NCBI GenBank assembly: GCA_964016885.1
Contig: OZ024743.1
Coordinates: forward strand, 1,984,001 to 2,048,000
Reading direction: 5' to 3'
Source: Eledone cirrhosa
Lineage: Eukaryota
Length of the DNA: 64,000 nt
Under the pieces are notes generated by a model that was not told the DNA's origin, made no database searches, and was given only the letters and a program-made list of their open reading frames with translations. The translations under genes were made by a program, and so were the position numbers. Shown here piece after piece: positions 56,801-64,000 of the stretch (the first letter of the stretch is position 1; every line of letters begins with the position of its first letter).

Positions 56801-59800
56801 AACCCACTGTACTAATAGGAAATGTATCATATGTAGAGTAAACCCCCGGATAAACTGTAAAACTAGAAACGTAGTCTATAGCATAAGATGTACAGAGGGT
56901 ACTTGCAGAAACATGACAACAACATACATAGGCGAGACAGCTCGTAGCATAGCTGAAAGGATAGACCAACACTGGTGGGAACTAAAAGGACGAAAAAACG
57001 GTTCAGTACTATACGAACATGCCAGACAACAACACAACGGTAACATAGACAACATAGAACTTAGAATAATATCTAAACATAGAAATGACCCAGCAGATAG
57101 GCATATCAGAGAGGCTAGCGAAATAGAACTTAGAAGGCCAAGGCTAAACAGAAAAAATGAATGGAATAACAACAACACTGACCTAAGAGAAGTATAAATA
57201 AATAAATAAATAAATACATACACAAGCACAATAACAACAAACACATATAAACACACACTAGTAAACTAAGATAGAATACATTAACCAATACACAGTCACC
57301 CAAACAAGAACACGCATAAAAAAAACACTATACACACGCAAACGCATGCGCAGAGAAGACAAAAAAATAAACAAATAAATAAATAAATAAACAGACTAAA
57401 TAAAGATGGCGTAAGCATACAATGCAACGGGAGGAAAAATAATAGCAACACTGACGATGTTGCAGATGTGCAACGAAAGAACTTTGATAGACTATATATA
57501 TGTGTTTGTGTCTATATTGTATCTGTATTTTTGACCGTTGGTCAGTCAATGGCAACATTGAGGACCGAATAAATTAAATTAACCGATATAAAAGACACAG
57601 AAGCGAAAACCAACCAAACAGTGAGTGTGTTCTGTTATTAATTCTGGCAATATTATTACACAAATATGAGCCTCCCCAAGTATAACAATATTTGTTTCGA
57701 CACACGATTTCATATCAAAAACCTCGCAAAACTATATATATATATATATATATATATAACGAAGGAAATGTGGTAAGGAACCAGGTGGACCATAACGCAC
57801 CAAAGTACTCAATACTCGTCGAAACGGCTTGAGCTCAGCCGTCGGGGTCTTACTTGTTCCTATATATATATATATATATATATCCTAACTTGTGTGCTTC
57901 CTCTCCACATTTTATTATTATTATATATATATATATATATACATATATATTATCATCATCATCGTTTAACGTCCACTTTCCACGCTAATATATATTTATG
58001 TATATAGCTTTAGTATATTTTAAATTTCATTAGATGTTCTACATCAGCTACTGCCGAGAATTCAAGAGAGTTCTGTCAAATGTGAGGGCAAAGTGTAATA
58101 TTGGTCGACAACAGGAAGATTTTGAAGATTGGTCTCTGTTTCAACAATCCCTGCGTATGATCCAAATCTGTGGTTTGTACTCCAATCATTCCTTCACATT
58201 TCTCTATGTGTGTGTGTGTTTATGCATGCGAGTTTGTATGTGCATACATTTGTGTAATCATTCTTATATGTACTCAAGTCTGTGCATGTTCATGTATGTG
58301 TGCTTGTGTGTGCATGTTCATGTGTATGTGTGTGTGCCCTTCCACACAAATGTCTGGCCTTGTTAGAGAGAAGTGTTGTTGCTGTTGTTGTTCAAGTCAC
58401 ATTTGATAAGGAAGGTAAGGATTCAGAATGGGGTGATGAAAGAGTTGTGTGCTTGACTGAGCCTACTCAGTATATTAAATTCATTTTGCCTGGATTATAT
58501 GTAAATACATATTTTTGTTGTTATTATTGTCTACAGGAGAGTTGATTATACAGACTGAAGAACTTGATAAAACCCTCATCAACAATATCATCTCAACGTT
58601 AGGCAAATATCTATTACCCACTCAACATTCACCACTTAAAGAAACTACTGATAAAAAGTAAGTTACTTTCTATTTATAAGTGCATGGCTTAGTAGCTAAG
58701 GTGTTACACTCACGATCATATGGGTGTGGGTTCTATGCCTGGACCAGGGGAAGGGTGTTCTTATGCAAGACACACTTCCTTTCACATTGTATTTCATGAT
58801 TGAACTGAGGCTCCTTATCATTAAAACACCCCCAGAAACCTCCTATGTGATGCAACCTCATAGCAACAATTTTGTAATGCAGATATGTTTGCCTATCAAT
58901 GGTCTATACATATGCCAAGTTTCATTGTCATAACATTGGTGGTTCAGAAATAAAGCAGGAGAGCCTACTGGAGCCTCCACCAGGCTTAGGGAGCCCCCTA
59001 AAATCCCCAGGTTTTATAGGGTTAATCTGGTATATGTAACATAACTTACATAAAATTATAATGGAAGGTTAAATACAAACACCTTAAAATAAACAGCTTT
59101 GTATCATAGAACCACATTTGGTTTCAAGTGGCTTGGTATCAAAGAGGTCAAAGTATTTATATTTATCTAAAAACCTCCCATTATAATTTTATGTAAGAAC
59201 TGGTGGATTGGCAGTATCGGTAGAGGGTCGAACGCCATGGTTTGACATATAGAGTTACGGCCCTTTCCATTCTGAGTTCAATTCCCGCCAAGGTTAACTT
59301 TGCCTTTCATCCTTACGAGGTCGATAAAATAAAGTACCAGTAATACACTGGGTAATTGCTGGCCTTGTGCCAAAAGTAGAAACAATTATAATTTTATGTA
59401 AGAACCTTTGTTAAGTTATATTCCATACACCATCTTAATAACAAGGTTAGTTATTTTACTAAACCCCTTCAAATACTTGATTATTTCCATTAAAAATATG
59501 GTATGGTAAATGAAATTCAATTGTTCTGATATTTCAATGTCTTTTGTATTTCTACAGGACTGGTAAGAAAGTGTCACTCTTCCATCGGCATGCCTCTCTC
59601 TTATTGGAAGATGAAGCAGATATTGAGATTCTGGAAGAGTTTGTTTTGAAGCTTGAGGAAGGTAAATACTTTCAAACTACATCATTGAAGATTGGTTTTA
59701 TTTTTATATAGATGCAGGTATGGCTCTGTGGTTAAGAGGTTTGCTTTGTAACCATGTGGCTTTGTGTTCTATCCTACTGTGTGGCTCTTTGAACAAGTCT

Positions 59801-60646
59801 ATTATACTATAGTCTTGTGCCAACCAAAGCCAAGTAGGGGGGGTTTACCTTTAGTGAGGTACTTCTGCAGTTGCCTCACAAGAAAGCAGGCATCTGTGAT
59901 ACTTTTACCTGGCATAAATCCAAACCGCACCTCATCTAGGTTAACTTGATCCCTAATCAGCTATGCTATAACTCTTTCATAACCTGTCAACCAAGTTAAT
60001 GCTTTTATAGTTTTCTCTGTTTTGAGCATCTCATTTGCACTTGTAGCAGTTGTTGATGATGCAGCTATACCAGGGTCAGACACCATTTTGTATTACTTGG
60101 TTTACAATACAGGTGATTATGGTATGTCCCACCATTCCAGATCCTTTCAACATCTTAACAACTATCCTCCAAGGTTCAGCTGCCATGCTTGTCTTCATAT
60201 CCTTGACTGCCTTTTGATTTTGAATCTTGTTGCTGGCCTTGTGCCTCAATTAGAAACCGTTATTATAAAGTAATAAGGGTGGTGAACTAGCAGAATTGGT
60301 AGAGTGTTGGGTAAATGCTATTGTAGCATTTGTTCTAGCCCTTTACAGAGTTGAAATCCTGCTGAGGTTAGCTTTATCTTTCATTCTTACTGGGTTGATA
60401 ACATAAGGTACCAGTAATGCACTGGGGTTGATCACCTTTCCCCTTCCCTTCAAATTTGCTAGGTATGTGCCAAAAGTAGAAACAATTATTATTAAATGTC
60501 TCTCTTCTTTATTAGGTGATACACCATCAGTGTTGTCTGATGTCACCAAGGAGATGTTTAAATTGAGTCAGGAGGTTCACAAGTTTGGATTTGATATTGT
60601 CTTTGCTCAGCTCAAGAAACATCTTATTGGTATGGCTGACATGGAG
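23893..60646 (+). CDS. COG7: Conserved oligomeric Golgi complex subunit 7, coding exons 1-20 (3' part beyond window)
   Basis: 20 exons splice in frame to 593 aa: [90 protein letters not shown]; collinear with recalled vertebrate COG7 ([21 protein letters not shown]..). Confidence 0.96.
24030..25620. repeat. Degenerate array of about eight ~150-bp units in COG7 intron 1
   Basis: Recurrent TTGTT(T)AG.CCC..CTGATTAAATAAACCT.TGATCAAAG.CGTTCC..ACATT.TC.AATGT; interrupted by SINE copies. Confidence 0.7.
24789..25003 (+). mobile_element. SINE family B
   Basis: tRNA-like head TGGCAGAGTCAGTAG..GAGTTCAAATGCC followed by the conserved body. Confidence 0.8.
25738..25830 (+). CDS. COG7: COG7 exon 2
   Basis: ttttcag|[31 protein letters not shown]|gtaagt. 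Confidence 0.95.
26518..26562 (+). CDS. COG7: COG7 exon 3
   Basis: tttgcag|[15 protein letters not shown]|gtaagt. Confidence 0.95.
27228..27283 (+). CDS. COG7: COG7 exon 4
   Basis: attacag|[18 protein letters not shown](R)|gtatat. Confidence 0.95.
27585..27645 (-). ncRNA. Minimal hammerhead, partly degenerate
   Basis: Minus strand TATTTTAT-CTGATGA-tagcGTACCA aaattg TGGTACcttt-GAAA-TATATA-TA-ATAGAATA; 8-bp stem I, mismatches at the base of stem II. Confidence 0.65.
29220..29877 (+). mobile_element. CR1/L2-type LINE 3' fragment
   Basis: [32 protein letters not shown]; ATT-repeat tail; inverted partial copy at ~32930-33070. Confidence 0.85.
31068..32024. repeat. 213-bp near-perfect inverted repeat pair (31068-31280 / 31812-32024)
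   Basis: Arms are reverse-complementary with about one mismatch by eye; ~530-bp AT-rich spacer. Confidence 0.92.
31686..31773. mobile_element. hAT-like mini-MITE
   Basis: TIR CAGGGCTGTGGAG / CTCCGCAGCTCTG; 8-bp flanks GTATTATA / TTATTATA. Confidence 0.6.
32040..32878 (-). mobile_element. Penelope-like element 3' remnant
   Basis: [25 protein letters not shown] resembles PLE GIY-YIG C-terminal tails; flanked by TA/TG microsatellites. Confidence 0.6.
33528..33612 (+). CDS. COG7: COG7 exon 5
   Basis: caataag|(R)[28 protein letters not shown]|gtaaat. Confidence 0.93.
33778..33867 (+). CDS. COG7: COG7 exon 6
   Basis: ttttag|[30 protein letters not shown]|gtaaaa. Confidence 0.95.
33930..34320 (-). 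mobile_element. RTE APE endonuclease fragment, decayed
   Basis: [27 protein letters not shown]. Confidence 0.75.
34966..35034 (+). CDS. COG7: COG7 exon 7 (GC donor)
   Basis: ttgtag|[23 protein letters not shown]|gcaagt. Confidence 0.88.
35289..36179 (-). mobile_element. Non-autonomous Helitron
   Basis: Minus strand begins TCTATATATATAAAA and ends with hairpin CCCGT-GCAACA-ACGGG then CTAG; inserted between A and T; internal subrepeats CCTAATGCAGGCCCTAGG. Confidence 0.88.
36413..36448 (+). CDS. COG7: COG7 exon 8
   Basis: gttacag|[12 protein letters not shown]|gtaaga. Confidence 0.93.
36839..36959 (+). CDS. COG7: COG7 exon 9
   Basis: atttcag|[40 protein letters not shown]|gtaaat. Confidence 0.95.
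37943..38025 (+). CDS. COG7: COG7 exon 10
   Basis: tttacag|(E)[27 protein letters not shown]|gtaagt. Confidence 0.95.
38423..38630 (+). mobile_element. piggyBac-type MITE copy
   Basis: TTAA flanks; same family as 18041-18259. Confidence 0.85.
38897..39007 (+). CDS. COG7: COG7 exon 11
   Basis: ttaacag|[37 protein letters not shown]|gtaata. Confidence 0.95.
39498..39701 (-). mobile_element. piggyBac-type MITE copy, inverted
   Basis: Reverse complement of 38423-38630. Confidence 0.85.
39770..39934 (+). CDS. COG7: COG7 exon 12
   Basis: ttttaag|[26 protein letters not shown]|gtgggt. Confidence 0.92.
40588..40642 (+). CDS. COG7: COG7 exon 13
   Basis: ttgtaag|[18 protein letters not shown]|gtaagc. 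Confidence 0.9.
41411..41541 (+). CDS. COG7: COG7 exon 14
   Basis: cttctag|(D)[43 protein letters not shown]|gtaagt. Confidence 0.92.
41660..41836 (+). mobile_element. piggyBac-type MITE nested in a larger TTAA-flanked element (~41589-42000)
   Basis: TTAA-CCCTTTAGCATTTA..TAAATGCTAAAGGG-TTAA. Confidence 0.82.
42305..42379 (+). CDS. COG7: COG7 exon 15
   Basis: tattaag|[25 protein letters not shown]|gtttgt. Confidence 0.92.
42543..42608 (+). CDS. COG7: COG7 exon 16
   Basis: attttag|[22 protein letters not shown]|gtaagt. Confidence 0.95.
42687..43558 (-). mobile_element. mariner transposon, internally deleted
   Basis: TA|CGAGG termini, ~70-bp inverted repeats; HTH region ([17 protein letters not shown]), MVPKLL, ITGDESW fused directly to the C-terminus GTRFED. 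Confidence 0.93.
43702..44110 (-). mobile_element. Second mariner remnant
   Basis: TA|CGAGGGG terminus; minus strand [20 protein letters not shown] (YSPDLAP motif). Confidence 0.8.
44424..46872 (-). mobile_element. RTE LINE (subfamily A), 5'-truncated
   Basis: End of APE (QHRLVV), RT motifs, PHD finger, [15 protein letters not shown], (GAT)n tail. Confidence 0.96.
47185..47645 (+). mobile_element. CR1/L2-type LINE 3' fragment
   Basis: [33 protein letters not shown]. Confidence 0.85.
47872..48840 (+). mobile_element. RTE LINE RT fragment
   Basis: Uninterrupted [39 protein letters not shown]; truncated at the PLE junction. Confidence 0.95.
50620..50961 (-). mobile_element. SINE family A copy
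   Basis: Reverse complement of 674-1025. Confidence 0.88.
50965..51675. repeat. (ATT/GTT)n low-complexity tract with 24-nt subrepeats and an embedded SINE B fragment (~51405-51500)
   Basis: Seen directly; source of the poly-Asn, poly-Val and poly-Leu ORFs. Confidence 0.9.
52170..56328 (-). mobile_element. Full-length, decayed LTR retrotransposon with PR-RT-RH-IN order
   Basis: TG..CA LTRs at 56107-56328 (5') and 52170-52423 (3'); 5-bp TSD TTTTG; Gag with CCHC knuckle ([14 protein letters not shown]), protease [19 protein letters not shown], RNase H CDAS..HINVAEL, integrase HHCC and DDE; stops and frameshifts. Confidence 0.96.
56095..56106 (-). other. Candidate primer-binding site complementary to nt 1-12 of tRNA-Phe(GAA)
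   Basis: Plus strand GCCGAAATAGCT directly abuts the 5' LTR; recalled metazoan tRNA-Phe begins GCCGAAATAGCTCAGTTGG. Confidence 0.7.
56702..57733 (+). mobile_element. Penelope-like element 3' segment (GIY-YIG endonuclease, UTR and pLTR), inverted relative to the adjacent ORF
   Basis: [42 protein letters not shown]; 57543-57733 is the reverse complement of ~56511-56701. Confidence 0.92.
57446..57490 (+). ncRNA. Minimal hammerhead in PLE pLTR, partly degenerate
   Basis: CTGACGA-T-GTTGCA GATG TGCAAC-GAAA-GAAC-TT-TGA; stems I and III weakened. Confidence 0.6.
58034..58172 (+). CDS. COG7: COG7 exon 17
   Basis: tcattag|[37 protein letters not shown]|gtttgt. Confidence 0.95.
58537..58657 (+). CDS. 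COG7: COG7 exon 18
   Basis: ctacag|(G)[30 protein letters not shown]|gtaagt. Confidence 0.94.
59202..59390 (+). mobile_element. SINE family B
   Basis: TGGCAGTATCGGTAG..GAGTTCAATTCC head and conserved body. Confidence 0.85.
59558..59661 (+). CDS. COG7: COG7 exon 19
   Basis: tctacag|(K)[34 protein letters not shown]|gtaaat; phases match both neighbouring exons. Confidence 0.9.
60277..60493 (+). mobile_element. SINE family B
   Basis: Same family; tail ends ~20 nt before the exon 20 acceptor. Confidence 0.8.
60516..60646 (+). CDS. COG7: COG7 exon 20
   Basis: ttattag|(G)[43 protein letters not shown]|gttagt. Confidence 0.94.
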
Positions 60647-61837
60647 GTTAGTGAAGCTTGCTTTATATTGAGTTTATAAACCTTAAGTGAAGGTATGGGA
60701 CCTTGTGATTAAGTTGTTGGACTCTCGATCACAAGGTCATGAGTTCAATCTCAGACTGAGGAGTGTGTTATATCCCTGAGCAAGATACTTTATTTCACAC
60801 TGCTCCAGACTACTCAGCTGGAAAAAGTGAGTATCTGTTGCAGCTGCAGTTAACCCTGCTATGGACTGCCAGTTGCTTAAGCCCATTGAAATTGGAAGTA
60901 AGCTTTGGTCTCATGAGCCTAACTGTTATAAACTTTACCAATTCCAGTTGCATGTGATTATTTTGCCTTTCATCCTTACGGGGTCGATAAAATAAAGTAC
61001 CAGTAATGCACTGGGTAATTGCTGGCCTTGTGCCTAAAGTAGAAACAATTATTAGAGAAATATATATTAGAAGAATAAATATTACAGCTGCAATATAACT
61101 GAATCTGTATAAATATTAAATGAAAAATGGCATACTTCTAATGAAAGGCACTGTCTGTATTCATCAATTAATTTTGAAAATAATCAAGAATTAGGAGGAA
61201 TTTAGTAATATAACTTTCTCATTATTAAACTTGTGTTTGGAACAAACTTAAAGTCCTTTACATAAAATTATGATGGAAAGTTTTGTATTGTAGAACCAGA
61301 AACAGTTTGGGACATTTCTGGATCAAAAGGGTTAATATAGTCTCTTAATTATTAACAAGAAAATAGATCCCAGCAACTTCTCTCCTCTACAAAAGAAACT
61401 AAAACAACCAATAAGAATTAAGTTTAGAAACCCTCATTGAAAAGCTAATAGATGCAACAGGTTTTGCATCACAACTGGAGCCTGCCAGCCTCAGCCATAG
61501 TGACAAGAAGGGCCCATATGGAGTAACCCTTTTCCTGTTCAAGGGGTGGGTAAATCTCTAATCAGAGATGTCGCTTTGGCTCCAATTTTGTCGCTTTGGC
61601 AATAAACCCAGACACTTGCTGGCCATAACATAGAAGAGCGGAAGATATCCAAATACTAGGACTTGATCAACTGCTTCTTTTTCATGTTGGTCTCTATTGA
61701 GAACTCTAGTGTCTTCGGTTCCCAGACTGCTGCTTTCCTCTGAAAAATCGGGCAAGAGGCATCTTACCTGAGGAAGGAATGACTGATGCAACAGGTATTA
61801 CTTGTGGTTCTTCACAGAAATGTTTTCCCCATCTTGT

Positions 61838-64000
61838 CATCATCATCATCATCATCATCATCAACGTTTAACGTCCGTGTTCCACGCTTGCATGGGTTTG
61901 GACGGGGGTTTTCCCACTTGTCTTGCTCGCATAGGACTGTCTGGCGGGTTTTCTACAGCTGGATGCCCTTCCTAACACCAACCACATTTACAGTGTGGGT
62001 CTGGGAGGTTTTTACCGGGTTGCCTACATGGCCACATTACAGCGTGGACTGTGTTTTTTTGTCGTGACACCTACACGATCTCATTTGTTTCGGCCTGGAT
62101 GGTGTGACACCAACATAACTTTACATAGAAAGGGGCGGTGTGGATGGGGTGGGGTTGGTGGGACGGGGGTGTATTTTATTAGAGATGCCTACTGACTGTA
62201 GTAGGTTTTACTATGTATTTAGGTAAGGCGGGTCTTCTCTATTACTGAGTACCGCCAAAGGTCTCGGTCCAGTGACATTGTCTTGGAGAGGTGTAAGTGT
62301 GTGAGGTCGGAATTTATCAGCTCGTCCCAGGTTTTTCTGGGTCTGCCTATTCCGTGGCTACCGTCTATCTTTATTGCCCTGCAATATTATACAATTGTTA
62401 TACAGCTATCGTCTTTCATGCGCATCACGTGTCCATACCAACGTAGCCTTCTCTCAAGTAAACAACATCTGATCCCTCTTATTTCTAATTTTTTCCTTAG
62501 TTCGTTTATGCTTTGCCGTTCACGTATATTACTATTACACATCCAGCGGAGCATGCAAGCTTCGTTCCTCTCTAGTCTGCGTATATCCTCTGCACACAAT
62601 GCCCAGGTCTCACTGCCATGCAGCATTGCTGTTCGTATGCAGGCATCATACAACCTGCCTTTCATTTTTAGGGAGAACACTTTAGCGGCTAGTAGTGGTA
62701 TAAGCTCTCTGAACTTTTTCCATCCAGTTCTGACTCTAGCTACTGTACTTTCAGAGCACCCTCCCCCACTGCTGATTTTGTCACCCAGGTAACGGAAGCT
62801 GTCCACTATTTCTATAGAGCCCTCTGCGCAGTTGAAAGAGCTAGTATTTTGTGGGCACTTGCTGCTACTTATTGCACCAGAGCACCGGCCACATGTGAAA
62901 TCTATGTTCTTAGTTAGCTTACCTGTGATCCCACTACATCTTTTATGCACCCATACTATGCATTTCAGACACAATATGGAGTTTCTACCTACGCCTTTCC
63001 TACACACTGAGCATGGCCACTTCCCGGAAGGGACCGCCGCATTATTTTCTTTCCTACAAACTAGAACTTTGGTCTTAGCCAGGTTAATTTTAAGGCCTTT
63101 TGATTCTAGGCCGTGCTTCCATGTTTGGAATTTCTTCTCTAGCTCGGCCATTGATTCAGCTATGAGTGTTAGGTCATCTGCGTATAGGAGTTCCCATGGG
63201 CAGCCGGTCTTGAACTCCTCTGTTATAGCCTGAAGGGCAATAATAAATAGGAGGGGGCTGAGAACAGAGCCCTGATGGACGCCAACTTTTACGCTAAACT
63301 CTTCACTATATTCGTTGTTAATTCTAACCTTGCTGACTGTTTCTTTATACATGGCTTGTATAGCTCTCACAAGCCATTCGTCAACACCTAGTTTTCTAAG
63401 AGCCCACCAGATAATGGAACGGGGGACTCTGTCGAAGGCTTTCTCCAAGTCGACAAAAGCTAAATATAGGGGTTTACTTTTAGCTAGGTACTGCTCCTGT
63501 AGTTGTCGTACAATGAAAAGAGCGTCTGTGGTACTTTTGCCTGACACAAACCCGAACTGCATTTCATCGAGGTCAATTCTCTCTCTGATTAGTTGCGCTA
63601 TTACTTTTTCCGTGACCTTCATGACCTGGTCGATTAATTTAATGCCTCTATAGTTACTCCTATCTAGGGCATCTCCTTTACCCTTATAACAGTTAACGAT
63701 GATGCTGCTACGCCAGTCCTTCGGAACAACCCCATTCTGTACGACTTGGTTAACTATCTGGGTGACCATGGTGTGTCCCACCGTGCCAGATGCCTTCAGC
63801 ATCTCAGCAACTATTTCCGAAGGCCCAGCCGCCTTACCCGTCTTCATATCCTTGATTGCCTTACTTATTATACTACCTTCGACTAACACTGCTGGTCCCT
63901 CTATTGGGTCGATGTGGGGGAGACTGTCTTTCTCCCATTTATTCTCCTCATTTAGTAGCCTTTCATAGTGACACTTCCAAGCTACCTTCTTATCAGCATC
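61838..64000 (-). mobile_element. RTE LINE (subfamily B), apparently young copy, continues beyond window
   Basis: 500-aa open RT plus PHD ORF at 62387-63889; 3'UTR; (GAT)n tail. Confidence 0.96.

Overview
AT-rich, repeat-dense animal genomic DNA, not prokaryotic. The SINE/RTE/microsatellite landscape suggests a coleoid cephalopod (octopus-like); this is inference. One host gene is present: COG7 (conserved oligomeric Golgi complex subunit 7) on the + strand. I reconstructed 20 coding exons by hand (23893-60646, 593 codons in one open frame); the gene runs off the right edge. It has one apparent GC-AG intron and four TAAG acceptors. The rest is mostly mobile DNA: RTE LINEs with a PHD finger inside the RT region, CR1/L2-type fragments, a CRE-like RLE fragment, a decayed autonomous and a non-autonomous Helitron, two mariners, piggyBac- and hAT-type MITEs, two tRNA-derived SINE families, Penelope-like elements (PLEs) with minimal hammerhead ribozymes, and a complete 4.16-kb LTR retrotransposon nested inside a PLE ORF. 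Most notable: (1) the LTR element has no TGG-type PBS; the 12 nt abutting its 5' LTR are complementary to nucleotides 1-12 of tRNA-Phe, suggesting priming by a 5' tRNA fragment; (2) a tandem array of four ~810-bp fold-back units separated by (TA)n tracts, with Pol III A/B-box-like motifs in the arms; (3) several hammerhead motifs; (4) intronic inverted repeats in COG7 able to form long dsRNA. All alignments were done by eye.
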